NCBI GenBank assembly: GCA_963752595.1
Contig: CAVVYZ010000009.1
Location: 224,001 to 288,000 of the forward strand
DNA length: 64,000 bases
Reading direction: 5' to 3'
From: an uncultured delta proteobacterium
GTDB taxonomy: Bacteria > Desulfobacterota > Desulfomonilia > UBA1062
Both the position numbers and the translations under genes were made by a program. Positions 13,640 to 26,692 of this stretch are shown in pieces (within the stretch, counting starts at the first letter, position 1; each line of letters opens with the position of its first letter). The notes under the pieces were generated by a model. The model made no database searches. It had not been told where the DNA came from and was given only the letters and a program-made list of their open reading frames with translations.

Positions 13640-13820
13640 CCTTGAAATCCCATTGACATATATTACACCTTAATAATATACAAACACATATTTAATTGGA
13701 TATTCAAGAATTTGTAAAGGGGCCAATATTGATAGATGCTCTCCATAAAGGTTCTTCTCTTATGGTCGGCATTTCAAAAAGATACCTGCTCTATCTTATC
13801 CTAACAATAAGGAGGAAACC

Positions 13821-15013
13821 ATGGGTATTAAGTCCATCAAGGACCTGGACTTGAAATCGAAACGGGTACTCATCCGAGTCGATTTCAATGTCCCGCTCGA
13901 TGAGAATGGCAATATCACCGATGATGTCCCGCATAAAGGCAGCTCTGCCCACCATACAGTACGCCATCGACCAGGGAGCCAAGGTGATCCTCATGTCCCA
14001 CCTGGGCGGCCCAAGGGCAAGGTGATAAGAACCAGAGTCTCGTTCCCGGTGGCACGCAGCCTCTCCGAGCTGCTCGGCACAAGCGTGAATATGGCCCCGG
14101 ACTGCATCGGCGACAAGGTGAAGAAGATGGTCGGCGAGCCTCAAACCGGGCGAGGTTCTCCTGCTGGAAAACCTGCGTTTCCACATCGGAGAGGAAAAGG
14201 ACGATCCCGAATTTGCCAGGCAGCTCGCATAGCTGGGCGATGTCTATATCGACGATGCCTTTGCCACGGCCCACCGTGCCGCATGCATCCACTGTCGGGC
14301 ATCTGCAGATTACATCAAGGAAAAGGCCGCGGGTTTCCTCATCCAGACGGAAGTGGAGTACATCAACAAGGCGCTGCAAGGACCCCAAGCGGCCCTTTGC
14401 CGCTAATCGGCGGGGCCAAGGTATCCGACAAGCTCGAGCTCCTGGAGAACCTCATCGACAAGGTGGACAAGATCGATCATCGGCGGCGGCATGGCCTTTA
14501 CCTTCGTGAAGGCCCTGGGCCAGGATACCGGAAAATCCCTGGTGGAGGACGATCTCCTGGATACGGCCCGCGCCATCATGGAAAAGGCAAAGCAAAGGGC
14601 GTCAAGTTTTACCTGCCCGTCGACTGCGTCTGCGCTGCGGACCCCAAAGGCGGCTCAGCGGCATCGTAACCGACCATCCAGGAGATTCCGGCAGATCTCA
14701 TGGGCCTGGATATCGGGCCTGCCTCCATCACCCTGTTCTCCGAGGCCTTGCAGACTGCAGCACCATCGTCTGGAACGGCCCCATGGGGGTCTTCGAGCAG
14801 TAGAGCCTTTGCCTCAGGAACCATGGCGATGGCAAAAAGCGTTGCTTCATCATCGGGATTGACCATCGTGGGCGGCGGTGATACGGATTCGGCACTGCAC
14901 AAAGCCGGCCTGACGGACAAGGTGAGATTTCATCTCCACGGCAGGCGGAGCCTTCCTTGAGATGCTCGGCGGCCGTGTGCTGCCCGGCGTGGAAGGTGCT
15001 GGAGAAAAAGTAG
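13821..15013 (+). CDS. pgk: Phosphoglycerate kinase (many apparent frameshifts, one in-frame TAG)
   Basis: [31 protein letters not shown]; RBS TAAGGAGG. Confidence 0.92.
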
Positions 15014-15021
15014 GAACAGCG

Positions 15022-15785
<764 letters not shown>

Positions 15786-15792
15786 ATAAATT

Positions 15793-16198
15793 ATGTATGG
15801 AGTCGTACTCGACATTCACATTTTGGCTTCGGTATCTTCTGATCATTGCCGTGCTTCTGCAGTCCGGCAAGGGTGCAGACATCGGCGCAGTCTTCGGCGG
15901 CGCAGGCAGCCAGGCCCTTTTCGGCTCAGCCGGCCCGGCCGATTTTCTCAACAAGGCGACGCGGGTACTGGTGGTGGTATTCATGCTCACCTCGCTGACC
16001 CTCGGCTACTCAGCCTTCCAGAAGTCCGGCAGCAGCATCATGGACAAACCGGCTGCAACCGCCCCGGCAGGGCCCGCAAAGAGCATGCCGGCCCCCGGAC
16101 CTTCCCAGAACGCTGCACCTGCAGTCCCTGCACCTTCAGCGCCTGCACCGGCTGCTCAGGGAAGCCCGGCGCCTGCCATTCCAGCTCCTGCCAAGTAA
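15793..16198 (+). CDS. secG: Preprotein translocase SecG (N-terminal frameshift)
   Basis: AVLLQSGKGADIGAVFGG, FLNKAT, Pro/Ala-rich tail; follows tpiA. Confidence 0.9.
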
Positions 16199-16232
16199 GG
16201 GCTTAAAGCCTCTTCTTTTTTACATACATACC

Positions 16233-16260
16233 CATGCCCCGGTCTCCCGGGGCATGTTTT
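16233..16260 (+). terminator. Intrinsic terminator after secG
   Basis: CATGCCCCGG/CCGGGGCATG stem followed by TTTT. Confidence 0.85.
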
Positions 16261-16424
16261 CGTGTGTATGAGAGCGAGCTTCCGGCAGTCTGCGAGTCAT
16301 TTAGGGCTGCACATCTCACACCGGCCATATGTTCATTGGAACCGGTGAAAAATTGACATGCTGCCTGCATCCGTGATAAGTCTGGGTGAGTTCATCATAT
16401 AATCTCTTTTTACCGGGGGTATAC

Positions 16425-17714
16425 ATGTACTGGGATAAAGATCATGAGTGCATCGAAAGGGACCGGCTGGAAGCGCTTCAGCTTGCGCGCCTCAAACAGA
16501 CCATTGAATGGGCATCCTGCTCTCCGTTCTACAAGGACAAAGGCCTCGGAGACATTTCCGTTCGGGATTTAAGCGACATACGCAAGTTCCCCGTCACCGT
16601 GAAACAGGACCTCCGGGACGCCTATCCCTACGGCATGGTAAGCACAGCACTGGATGAAGTGGTAAGGCTCCATTCTTCATCCGGTACCACCGGAACACCC
16701 ACGGTCGTATACCACAGCTCCGGAGATATCGACCGGTGGACCGAGCTCGTGACCCGCTGCCTCTACATGATGGGCATGAGGAAGAACCATGTGTTCCAGA
16801 ATATGATCGGCTACGGTCTCTTCACCGGCGGCCTCGGCCTGCATTACGGCGCCGAGCGGCTGGGGTGTCTCACCATCCCGACGGGCCCGGGCAACACCAA
16901 GCGCCAGCTCAAATTCATGAAAGACTTCCATACAACTGCCATCCATGTCATCCCCAGCTATGCACTGCACCTGGCCGATACCCTGGAGTCCCTGGGCATC
17001 GATCCCAGGAAGGAATTCCCGGATCTCAAATTCGCCATCCTCGGCGCCGAGCCCCACTCGGAAGAGACAAGGCTTAAGATCGAGGATTTCTTCGGGATAC
17101 GGGCATTCAACTCGTACGGCCTCTCCGAGATGAACGGCCCCGGTGTTGCCTTTGAATGCCCGGAAAAGAACGGGATGCACATCTGGGAAGACGCCTTCCT
17201 CGTGGAGATCGTCGACCCGGACACCCTGGAACCCCTTCCCTACGGCACCAGGGGAGAGCTCCTCATCACCACGCTCTGCCGGAAGGCCATGCCCATCATC
17301 CGCTACCGGACCAAGGACCTCACTTCCCTTATGCCCGAGGAATGCGCCTGCGGGAGGACCCACATGAGGATCGAGCGCATCACGGGCCGGAGCGACGATA
17401 TGATGATCCTGAAAGGAGTGAACATCTTCCCCATGCAGATCGAGGCCGTCCTCATCGGTATCCCCGGAGTCGGACGCAATTACCAGATCATCCTGGAGCA
17501 GAAAGGACACAATGACCACATGGTCGTCCGGGCCGAGATCGACCCTTCCCTGGATGTGGATGCATACAAAGGTCTGGAGCGCCTGCGGGAAAAGATCATC
17601 CGGGAACTTAAGGACGAGATTCTCCTCACTCCCGATGTGGAGCTGTGCCAGCCCGGAAGCATCCCGGTGCCGCAGGGCAAGGCAATCCGCGTGATAGACA
17701 ACCGCACGCTCTAG
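16425..17714 (+). CDS. paaK: Phenylacetate-CoA ligase family protein
   Basis: HSSSGTTG, YGLFTGGLG, YGLSE, GRSDDM, KGVNIFP. Confidence 0.9.
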   Translation: MYWDKDHECIERDRLEALQLARLKQTIEWASCSPFYKDKGLGDISVRDLSDIRKFPVTVKQDLRDAYPYGMVSTALDEVVRLHSSSGTTGTPTVVYHSSGDIDRWTELVTRCLYMMGMRKNHVFQNMIGYGLFTGGLGLHYGAERLGCLTIPTGPGNTKRQLKFMKDFHTTAIHVIPSYALHLADTLESLGIDPRKEFPDLKFAILGAEPHSEETRLKIEDFFGIRAFNSYGLSEMNGPGVAFECPEKNGMHIWEDAFLVEIVDPDTLEPLPYGTRGELLITTLCRKAMPIIRYRTKDLTSLMPEECACGRTHMRIERITGRSDDMMILKGVNIFPMQIEAVLIGIPGVGRNYQIILEQKGHNDHMVVRAEIDPSLDVDAYKGLERLREKIIRELKDEILLTPDVELCQPGSIPVPQGKAIRVIDNRTL

Positions 17715-17861
17715 GGGAGCAAAGGCAAAAAACATTCTTCGCAAAAGCCTCCTTTGCTGCCCTGGCCGCTGCAATGCTGTTACACTAACATTTCTTATTT
17801 ACTCATCTGATATTTTTCTATAGGATCGCGACACTTCACGAGCATGTGAGGAGGTAAACGG

Positions 17862-19298
17862 ATGTCGGACACAGAAAACAACGAAAAACAACTCTCTATG
17901 GAAGAACTGCTCAATTCTTACAGCCCCGAGAGCAGCAACATGGTAAGGGTCGGCGACAAGATCCATGGAAAGATCATCTCCATCGGCAAGGAAAGCGTGT
18001 TCGTTGATACGGGCAGTAAAATGGACGGTGTCGTTGACATCGCCGAGCTCGTGGAAGAAGGCGAAGAGCTTCCTTATAAGGTGGGAGACAGCATCGATCT
18101 CTACGTCGTAGCCATCCGCCGCGGCGAGATCAGGCTTTCACGTGCATTGACCGGCCTAGGCGGCATCGACCAGCTCAAAGATGCCTATAGAGACCATCTG
18201 CCCGTCGAAGGCCGTGTTGCGGAAACCTGCAAAGGGGGCTTCAGCGTTGAGGTCGTCAAGAGAAGGGCCTTCTGCCCGGTGAGCCAGATCGATACGATCT
18301 ATGTGAATACACCCGAGGATTATGTCGGGAAGTCTTACCGCTTCCTCATCACCGAGTTTGCCGAGGGCGGGAAAAACATCGTGCTCTCCCGCCGGGTGCT
18401 TTTGGAGCAGGAGCAGGCCGAATCCAAAGAGGCATTTATCGCCACCCTCGCCGTGGGCACGGTGAGCACGGGCAGGGTGAGCAGGATCATGCCGTACGGG
18501 GCTTTCGTCGAGATCAGCCCCGGAATCGAGGGCATGGTGCACATTTCCGAGATGAGCTGGTCCAGGCTGGGAAGTCCGGATGAGATCCTGCATGTGGGTG
18601 ACGAGATCACGGTAAAGGTCATCGGGATCGAAGATAGCGGAAAAGAAAACCGGAAGATCTCCCTGTCCATGAAGCAGGTAGGCAATGACCCGTGGAATAC
18701 GGTTCAGGAACGGTACAAGTACGGCGACAAGCTCAAGGGAACGGTCATGCGGTGCATGGACTACGGCGTGTTCGTCGAGATCGAACCCGGGGTCGAAGGG
18801 CTGGTCCATATCTCGGAGATGAGCTACATGAAAAGGGTAGCAAAGGTCCAGGATATGGTCTCTGTCGGAGATCGTATCGAGGTCATGGTCAAGGAGATCA
18901 ATTCCGAGAACAGGAAGATATCCTTGAGCATGAAAGATGCGGAAGGGGATCCCTGGATAAGCGTAACGGAAAAATATCGAGTCGGCCAGAAGATAGAGGG
19001 AATCATCGAGAAGAAGGAAAAGTTCGGCTATTTCATAACCCTTGAGCCGGGTATCACCGGATTGCTCCCGAAATCCAGAATCGCACGGTTCAGCGACCCT
19101 TCCGCCATCGACAAGAAACAGGCAGGAGACAGCATCGCGGTTGTCATCGAGTCCATCGACAAGGATCAGCGCAAGCTCACCCTGGGCCCCGGCGATTCTC
19201 AGGATGAAGATGACTGGAAGACCTTCACGGGCGATGCGAAACAGACCGTGAGCTCGCTCGGCGAGAAACTTCAGCAGGCGCTCAAGAAAAAGAAATAA
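17862..19298 (+). CDS. rpsA: 30S ribosomal protein S1-like (five S1 domains)
   Basis: Repeated S1 motifs (YGAFVEI...GMVHISEM; YGVFVEI...GLVHISEM); RBS GAGGAGG. Confidence 0.85.
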   Translation: MSDTENNEKQLSMEELLNSYSPESSNMVRVGDKIHGKIISIGKESVFVDTGSKMDGVVDIAELVEEGEELPYKVGDSIDLYVVAIRRGEIRLSRALTGLGGIDQLKDAYRDHLPVEGRVAETCKGGFSVEVVKRRAFCPVSQIDTIYVNTPEDYVGKSYRFLITEFAEGGKNIVLSRRVLLEQEQAESKEAFIATLAVGTVSTGRVSRIMPYGAFVEISPGIEGMVHISEMSWSRLGSPDEILHVGDEITVKVIGIEDSGKENRKISLSMKQVGNDPWNTVQERYKYGDKLKGTVMRCMDYGVFVEIEPGVEGLVHISEMSYMKRVAKVQDMVSVGDRIEVMVKEINSENRKISLSMKDAEGDPWISVTEKYRVGQKIEGIIEKKEKFGYFITLEPGITGLLPKSRIARFSDPSAIDKKQAGDSIAVVIESIDKDQRKLTLGPGDSQDEDDWKTFTGDAKQTVSSLGEKLQQALKKKK

Positions 19299-19329
19299 CG
19301 GCAGGTTTAAGATACAGTTATCAGAATAT

Positions 19330-19379
19330 AAGAGCCGGAGCAGCTTTACCTGTTATCACGTAAAGCTGCTCCGGCTCTT
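19330..19379. terminator. Bidirectional terminator-like hairpin
   Basis: 20-bp perfect stem AAGAGCCGGAGCAGCTTTAC with 10-nt loop, between convergent genes. Confidence 0.85.
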
Positions 19380-19402
19380 TCTCTATTGAAATCCGCTTTC
19401 GT

Positions 19403-20521
19403 TTAATGGCCCGCAAAATCCAGAGTCACGGCGCTGCCGGTTGCTGCATTCCGGCCCGGCAGCGTGGTGGTACCGTCGGTTGCAATGACGACATAAGCGC
19501 CTGTGGGCAGATCGACCTTGTACGATCCGGTCTGGGAAACATTCACGGTCTTTACCTCGATCAGATTCGCATCATCGCACAGAGGTGCCCTCAGGAAGTG
19601 TATTGCAACAACCTGGTCCTGTACTCCCGCGGGCAAGGAGACATTGCATGAGATCGTTGCCATGGCCGATTGAGGCAGGACAAACGACTGCTCGAAATAC
19701 TCGTTGCTTCCCGTCATGACCAGTGAGCAGGCAGGCATATAGCCGTCTTTGTAGGCAACGACCGTATAGAGGTCCGGATCAAGGTATATCTGATATTCTC
19801 CGGTATCGGTCGTCAGCGTTGATCCATACACATTCACCTCATGGGCGCCCTGGTTGTACTTCTGGGCGCTTACCCTTGCCCCCTGAATCGGAAAGCCTGC
19901 CTCGTCGGTAATCACCCCGCTTAAGACTGCCTTGTTGATCGTGCCGATGACCTTGATCGTCGGCTTGAGCTGCCAGTTTCCGCTGGTGCCCGCTTTCACG
20001 ATGGATCTTTCCACGTCAAAATCAAGGACCAGTTCGGTGGTCAGTCCTTCCACGATCCCGAACTGGTGGACGAGCTTGACGCCTGACTGGTATCCGCTCG
20101 GAACACGCAGTTCATGGGCATCGTTCAGGCCGTCTATAAAGTAATTTACATATGGGTGGCTTTGCCCCAGGATATTCAACCTGCTGTCGGCTGCAGTGCC
20201 GATGAGCAGCCTCATCTGCGTATAGGCACCTGTTTCGAGAGAGGAGAGCCCCAATTCCTCCATCACCCCGTTTACCAGATGGAGGAGATTGTAGGTTTTA
20301 TTGGGAGTTGCAACGACATACCAGACAGCTTCCGCATCCTCGCCCCTGTGAACCTGCACTTCCTTGATAGTGACATATACGGCCTTATAATCGCTTGATG
20401 CGGCGTCGGAAAGATTTAAGGATAATGACCCAATCGATTCCGATGAACCGCTGCCGCATGCAGAAACCATCGCTGCTGCCAGTAGAAAACCAAGGAAACA
20501 TGCTCTCGATCTCATTGTCAT
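19403..20521 (-). CDS. DUF4382 domain lipoprotein with carboxypeptidase-regulatory-like domain
   Basis: Lipobox VSAC; YKAVYVTIKEVQVH, VPSG.QSGVKL, ELVLDFD, LKPTIKVI. Confidence 0.8.
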   Translation of the reverse strand: MTMRSRACFLGFLLAAAMVSACGSGSSESIGSLSLNLSDAASSDYKAVYVTIKEVQVHRGEDAEAVWYVVATPNKTYNLLHLVNGVMEELGLSSLETGAYTQMRLLIGTAADSRLNILGQSHPYVNYFIDGLNDAHELRVPSGYQSGVKLVHQFGIVEGLTTELVLDFDVERSIVKAGTSGNWQLKPTIKVIGTINKAVLSGVITDEAGFPIQGARVSAQKYNQGAHEVNVYGSTLTTDTGEYQIYLDPDLYTVVAYKDGYMPACSLVMTGSNEYFEQSFVLPQSAMATISCNVSLPAGVQDQVVAIHFLRAPLCDDANLIEVKTVNVSQTGSYKVDLPTGAYVVIATDGTTTLPGRNAATGSAVTLDFAGH

Positions 20522-20805
20522 GGCTCTTCTTTCTCCCCATACATTGTATTGTATTCCAAGCTTCTGCAATAAACATGCACACCATCAGCCCGCTCCGGCA
20601 TTGCCCGCTGCGGCCGATACCTCTCGGAAGGGAATGATAAAAAAATACAATATTTGTCTTATTTGTTACATTTATGAAGAGATCCCTTTCCCTTAGAGGG
20701 GGAGTAGAGCTTTTTGCAGGCATAGGAAGTTTTTCGATTACCCATTGACGGCCCGGTGGCAATAATTTATTTATACTAATATAGTTCACTTACTATAAGG
20801 TTGTC

Positions 20806-21386
20806 ATGAGGGTTTCCAGTGCTGATATCAGAGGAAGGGTGATCAGGACTACCCGCGATCTCCTGAAAAAACACGGCCTCAAGGGCTGGGACATGGACCT
20901 CCTGGCCCTGGAGACCGGCCTTGCGAAGAATACTCTCTACAAAATCATAATATCCAAGGAAAGTCTTCTGGAGCAGGTGATCCTTTCGAAGATGCGGGAA
21001 GACCTCGTCCAGATCGAGCAGATCCTGAATGAGGAAGCGGATTATGCGAAGGCAGTGAGCCGGATAACCCAGCGGTTTGCCGATCTGGTCAAGGACAACT
21101 TTGATTACGTGATCCCCGGTATATATCTCGAATACCCCGCATTAGAAAAGAATGTCCGGGCAGCGCAGAAAGAGATCTATGCATCGCTGAATACATTCAT
21201 CCTGAAAGGGATGGAAAAAGGCGTGATGCGTGATGATGTAACCCCGGAATTCATCCTGGACCTGGCTGAAGGCATATCCTTCATTATTACCGCTCGGGTT
21301 TTACCGGGGAGAAATTTGAAATTGCATTCCAGTTCGCCATTAATTGCCTGGTGAATGGGTTGAGGAAAGATCAGCAGCTTCACTGA
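20806..21386 (+). CDS. TetR family regulator (C-terminal frameshift)
   Basis: N-terminal HTH (LALETGLAKNTLY); upstream palindrome TATAGT-N6-ACTATA at 20780-20797. Confidence 0.8.
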
Positions 21387-21464
21387 CGGCAGTCGCGATT
21401 AAACAATAACGAATCGAGGCCTTGGAGAAGATGCTCACATGCTGTCACATGAAAAGGGGTGTTT

Positions 21465-22436
21465 ATGGCTGATTCAGGGAGAGTTATAAAAAGGGCTGCC
21501 CTTACAGTGGTCCTCATCGTACTTCTTGGCGCTGTCGGGTTTCAAATCTTTTACCATCAGGAAAAGGCCGCAATCCCGGAAGGCTTTGCCATGGGGAACG
21601 GACGGGTTGAAGCAACCGAGGTGGATATTGCCACATGCATACCCGGCCGCCTGTACGATGTCCTCGTGAAAGAGGGGGACCTCGTCAAGGAAAACCAGGT
21701 GCTGGCAAATATGGATATCAGCACGCTCCAGGCGATACTGAGACAGGCCGAGGCTGAGGTCATGAGGGCGAAAAAGGCCCGTCTGAGTGCCCTCGCAAAG
21801 GTAGAGGAAAGCAAGAACAGGGTGTCCCTTGCCTGCAAGGAGCTCGACCGGTCGAAAAATCTCTTTGCAAAGGGCATTGCAACGCAGCAGCAGTTCGACC
21901 GTGACGAGACGCTCAAGCAGGCATACACCGCAGAATACTCGGGCCTGCAGTCGAAAGTGGCCGAGGCCGAGGCTGCCATTGAGTCGGCCATAGCCCAGAC
22001 CGAGCGCCTGAAGACAGAGATCGATGACTGCATTTTGAGGACCTACTGCAACGGCCGCGTCCAGTCCCGCCTTGCAGAGCCAGGCGAGGTGCTGCCTGCA
22101 GGAGGGAAGGTCCTCACCGTCATCGCCCTCGATGACATGTACATGAATATCTTCCTTCCCGAGAGCATTGCCGGCCGCGTTGCCATCGGCTCAGAGGCTA
22201 AAGTCGTGCTCGATGCCTTCCCCGACCACCCGGTCCCGGCACAGGTGACCTTTGTCTCGGAGAAGGCCCAGTTTACCCCCAAGGAGGTGGAAGCCGCAGA
22301 AGAGCGCCAGAAGCTTGTCTTCCGGGTCAAGGTGCGAATCGACGGGAAAGAGGATCCCCGACTGAAGCCCGGGATACCAGGAGTTGCATATATCCGCCTG
22401 GATAAAGATGCACATTGGCCGGATTCCCTGCAATGA
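21465..22436 (+). CDS. HlyD/YhiI-like membrane fusion protein
   Basis: [34 protein letters not shown]. Confidence 0.9.
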   Translation: MADSGRVIKRAALTVVLIVLLGAVGFQIFYHQEKAAIPEGFAMGNGRVEATEVDIATCIPGRLYDVLVKEGDLVKENQVLANMDISTLQAILRQAEAEVMRAKKARLSALAKVEESKNRVSLACKELDRSKNLFAKGIATQQQFDRDETLKQAYTAEYSGLQSKVAEAEAAIESAIAQTERLKTEIDDCILRTYCNGRVQSRLAEPGEVLPAGGKVLTVIALDDMYMNIFLPESIAGRVAIGSEAKVVLDAFPDHPVPAQVTFVSEKAQFTPKEVEAAEERQKLVFRVKVRIDGKEDPRLKPGIPGVAYIRLDKDAHWPDSLQ

Positions 22437-25193
22437 GTTTGCTGATCGATTCCGGGACGCCCATCGTACGCATTGAAGGGTTTGCTCATCGTTACGGAAA
22501 AAAGCATGCCCTCCACGCAATCGATCTGGATATCCCTGCCGGATGCCAGGTGGGCCTTATCGGTCCGGACGGCGTAGGCAAATCAACGCTGCTGGGCGTC
22601 ATTGCCGGCCAGAAAAAGATCCAGAACGGCAAGGTTATCGTCCTGGCCGGAGATATGCGGTCGCATATCCACCGCCAGAACGTCTGCTCCCAGATCGCCT
22701 ATATCCCGCAGGGGCTGGGCGGAAACCTCTATGCCACGCTCTCCGTGTGGGAAAACGTAGACTTCTTCGGCCGCCTCTTCGGTCTGGCCCGCGAAGAGAG
22801 GGAAGATAAGATCGGCAGACTCTTGAAGGCCACCAGCCTCGCCCCTTTTGCCGACAGGGCTGCAGGAAATCTCTCAGGCGGGATGAAGCAGAAGCTGGGA
22901 CTGTGCTGCGCCCTGATCCACGATCCGGAACTGCTCATCATGGACGAGCCTACCACCGGGGTCGATCCCCTGTCGAGGCGCCAGTTCTGGGACCTCGTCA
23001 AGGATATGGGCAGCCACCACAAAGGCATGAGCATTCTCATCGCCACCGCCTACATGGAGGAAGCCGAGCACCTCGACTGGCTCGTCATGATGGAGGGGGG
23101 GCGGCTCCTTGCAACCGGGACACCTGCAGAGCTTAAAGGTCGTACCGGAAAAGAAACCATCGAGGATACCTATATCGCACTCTTGCCCGAGGAAAAGCGC
23201 ACAGGCCACCGGGCCTTCGCCCCTCCGCCCAAGAGTATTCTCCGGCGACGGAGCGGCTATCGAGGCGAAAAACCTTACCAAGCGCTTCGGCGACTTTACC
23301 GCTGTCAAGGATGTTTCCTTTACAATCCCCAAGGGGGAGATTTTCGGCTTTGTCGGCTCAAACGGCTGCGGCAAGACCACGACCATGAAGATGCTCACCG
23401 GCCTCCTTCCCCCAACGCACGGAGAGGCCTATCTCTTCGGGAAGCCCATCGAGGCAGGGAGCATCGAGCTCCGGAAGCGCATCGGCTATATGTCGCAGAT
23501 GTTCTCCCTCTACGGCGAGCTCACGGTCCGGCAGAACCTCGAGATGCACGCCCACCTCTTCGACCTTCCTGCATCCGGGATCCCGGGAAGGGTTCGGAAG
23601 ATGGCCGATCTGTTCGACCTGCACGACGCCATGGAGGACCAGACCGAGCGCCTGCCGCTGGGCATCAGGCAGCGCCTTTCCCTGGCCGTTGCAGCTATCC
23701 ACGAGCCGGAGATCCTCATCCTCGACGAGCCCACGTCCGGTGTCGACCCGGTTGCCCGGGACCATTTCTGGGAGATGCTCATCAAGCTTTCCCGGGAAAA
23801 TGGTGTCACTATCTTCGTCACTACCCACTACATGAACGAAGCGAGCCGCTGCGACCGCGTCGCCCTCATGAGCATGGGATGCGTCCTCGCCTGCGATTGC
23901 CCGGATGTGCTTATCCGGGAACGCAACTGCCGGACCCTCGAAGAGACCTTCATTGCATGCATGAAGGAAGATATGGAGAGAAACGGGACCGTGCTTGAGA
24001 TGGACGGGGAAAGGCAGGGCATCCCGCTCATGGTCTTTCCTGAAAAAACCCATAAACAGAAACGCAATTTCGATATCAGCCGTCTGGCCGCCCTGGCGAG
24101 GAGGGAGACCGTCGAACTCTTCCGCGACCCTGTACGCCTGATCACATCCTTCGTGATAGCGCCGATCCTCCTCATCGTGTTCGGCTACGGCATCTCCATA
24201 GACATCGAGAACATACGCTTCAGCACCCTCGATTACGACCGGACAGGGGCAAGCAGGGCATACGTGGAATCTTTCTCGGGCACCCGCTACTTCAAGGAGC
24301 AGGCTCCCATAGAATCACCTTCGGAATGGACAGCGGGTTCCGGAAAGGAGAATACAAGATGGTCCTCGAGATCCCGCCCGGGTTCGAACAGGGATCTCAA
24401 GCGCGGCCGATCGCCCGAGGTGGCGTTGATTCTGGACGGGACCATGCCGTTCCGCGCCGAGACCTCGAAGAACTATGCGGAAGCCGTTCACCTGCTCTAC
24501 CTGGCGGACCTTCAGGGACGGGCGCCCGGAGGTGCCGCATTCTCAACCGTCAAGGTCCAGCCCCGCTACTGGTACAACCAGATGGTGCGCAGCCGCTACA
24601 GCCATCGTTCCCGGGCTGCTGGCCGTCATCCTGGTGCTCGTTCCCTCCATGCTCACAGCCATCGGCGTGGTGAGGGAAAAGGAGCTCGGCTCCATCGCGA
24701 ATTTTTACTCCAGCCCGATGACCCGCCTGGAATTCCTCTGGGGAAAGCAGGCCCCCTACATCGCCATCAGCATCATCAGCTTCCTTGTGCTCGTGGCGTG
24801 ATGCTGTTCCTGTTCAGGATCCCGTTCAAGGGCAGCCTTCCCGCCTGTTCTCGTCGGAGCGCTGCTCTATATCATTACGAGCACCGGTATCGGCTGTTCA
24901 TATCGACCTTCACCCAGACGCAGATTGCCGCCCTGGTGGCAGCCTTTGTCATTACCCTCGTGCCCTCCGTTTGAATTTTCGGGCCTGATCACCCCGGTCA
25001 TCTGCCCTGACCGGAGGGGCCCAGCATCATGTCCGTCATCTTCCCGGCCCGATATTTCCTGAACATCAGCGTCGGAACCTTCACCAAGGGGATCGGCTTC
25101 CCCGAGCTCGCTGCCGAACTACCTCGCGCTCATCCTCATCTATGTGAGCATGCAGACCAGACGGTCCTGCTGCTCAGAAAGCAGGGGAAGTGA
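22433..25193 (+). CDS. rbbA: RbbA-like protein: two ABC domains plus ABC-2 permease (frameshifted)
   Basis: [26 protein letters not shown]; [17 protein letters not shown]; REKELGSI. Confidence 0.85.
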
Positions 25194-25194
25194 C

Positions 25195-26306
25195 ATGAGA
25201 GAGCTCCGGCACATCTACCGTCTGGGTTCAAGGAGCTCATCAGCTTCCGCTACGATATCGTGCTCATCGTTCTCCTGATCTACTGTTTCACGGTCATGGT
25301 CATCGTGCCCTCGAAGGGCACGGGCCTGCAGGTGCGCAACTCTGCAGTGGCAATCGTCGATGAGGACCAGACGCCCCTGTCGGCAAGGATCAGGGCAGCC
25401 ATCGGAAGCCTTATTTCAAGGAGCCGCGCATGATTTCCTACCAGGACATCGACCTCGCTCTGGACAGGGGCAAGTATATCTTTGTCATCCATATCCCTCG
25501 GGATTCCAGAAAGATGTGCTCGCCGGCGAAGAAGCCCGAGGTGGCCTGGAAATCGATGCAACCGCCATGGCCCATGCCAAGCTGGGGACGACATATCTGA
25601 TGAACATCATACACGATGAGGTCATCACCTACCTGTACGGCCCGAGAAGCAACCCGACCCGCCCGTGTCGCTGAACATCCGCGCCAAGTACAACCCCAAC
25701 CGGGAGAGCCGGTGGTTCATGAGCCTTGTCTTTCTCACGCACATGATCACCCTGCTCTCCATCCTGCTGCCGGCTGCAGCGCTCATCAAGGAAAGAGAGC
25801 GCGGGACCGTGGAGCACCTCCTCGTCATGCCGCTTCACCCCTTCGAGATCTCCCTGGCCAAGGTATGGTCCAACAGCTTCCTCGTAGTGGTCGGTGCCAT
25901 GCTGTCGCTCCTCTTCTGCGTAAAAGGCATCATCGGCACACCGATAATCGGCTCCGTGCCGCTCTTTTTGTCGGCACGCTCCTCTACCTTTTCGCGGCAA
26001 CAGAGCTCGGGATCTTCCTGGCAACCATTGCAAAGAACCTGCCCCAGGTAGGACTCCTGAGCATGCCCGTCATCGTACCCCTGGCCATGCTCGCCGGGGG
26101 CACGACTCCCCTTGAGGCCATGCCCATGTTCCTGCAGAAGATCATGGTATTTTTCCCCGACCGCGCATTACCTCGAATTCATGACCGCTGTCCTTCTCCG
26201 GGATGCCGGCATCGCCGATATATGGCCTCAGCTTGCCGCCATGGCAGCCATCGGCATAGTCCTCTTCACGGCAGCACTCATGCGCTTCCGCGCCACATTC
26301 CGGTAA
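25195..26306 (+). CDS. YhhJ-like ABC-2 permease (frameshifted)
   Basis: AIVDEDQT, YNPN, KERERGTVEHLLVMP. Confidence 0.82.
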
Positions 26307-26692
26307 GTCTTCGCCGGATGACAAGGAGTGGATCATACTGTGCTTCAGCATTCTTGGCTGATACTTCTCAACTCTTAACGCTTCTCGCCCACACGGCAAC
26401 AGGCTAACCCATCCGGTCAGGAGTATTATCGAGAATAAGCTCCTTTCATATGACTCGATTGAGTTTTTCACTTATCCGGACATTATAGATATGAAGAATA
26501 CCTTCAAAATTGATTATGTATCTCCTTGCTATTGGATGAAAGGAAAGTGGAGGTCTTAGCTGAAACTATTTCAATTTATCTTCCCCAAATTCAGGCAATG
26601 GCAGTCAGTGCCTGGTCGGGGAATCTTCTGAAAAAATGCCTCGAAAGAAGAGGATTGAACAATGAATACCCAAATTAAGAAAAGGAGCTTCC

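Noticed and set aside
14230-14232. In-frame TAG in pgk (EFARQLA*LGDVY) as pyrrolysine or stop recoding
   Set aside because: It lies in the most error-rich stretch, TAG is a normal stop elsewhere (479, 15013, 17714) and no pyl genes are seen; a base-call error is simpler
16200-16380. tRNA-Leu, often found after secG
   Set aside because: No cloverleaf or GTTCRA T-loop; only a terminator hairpin
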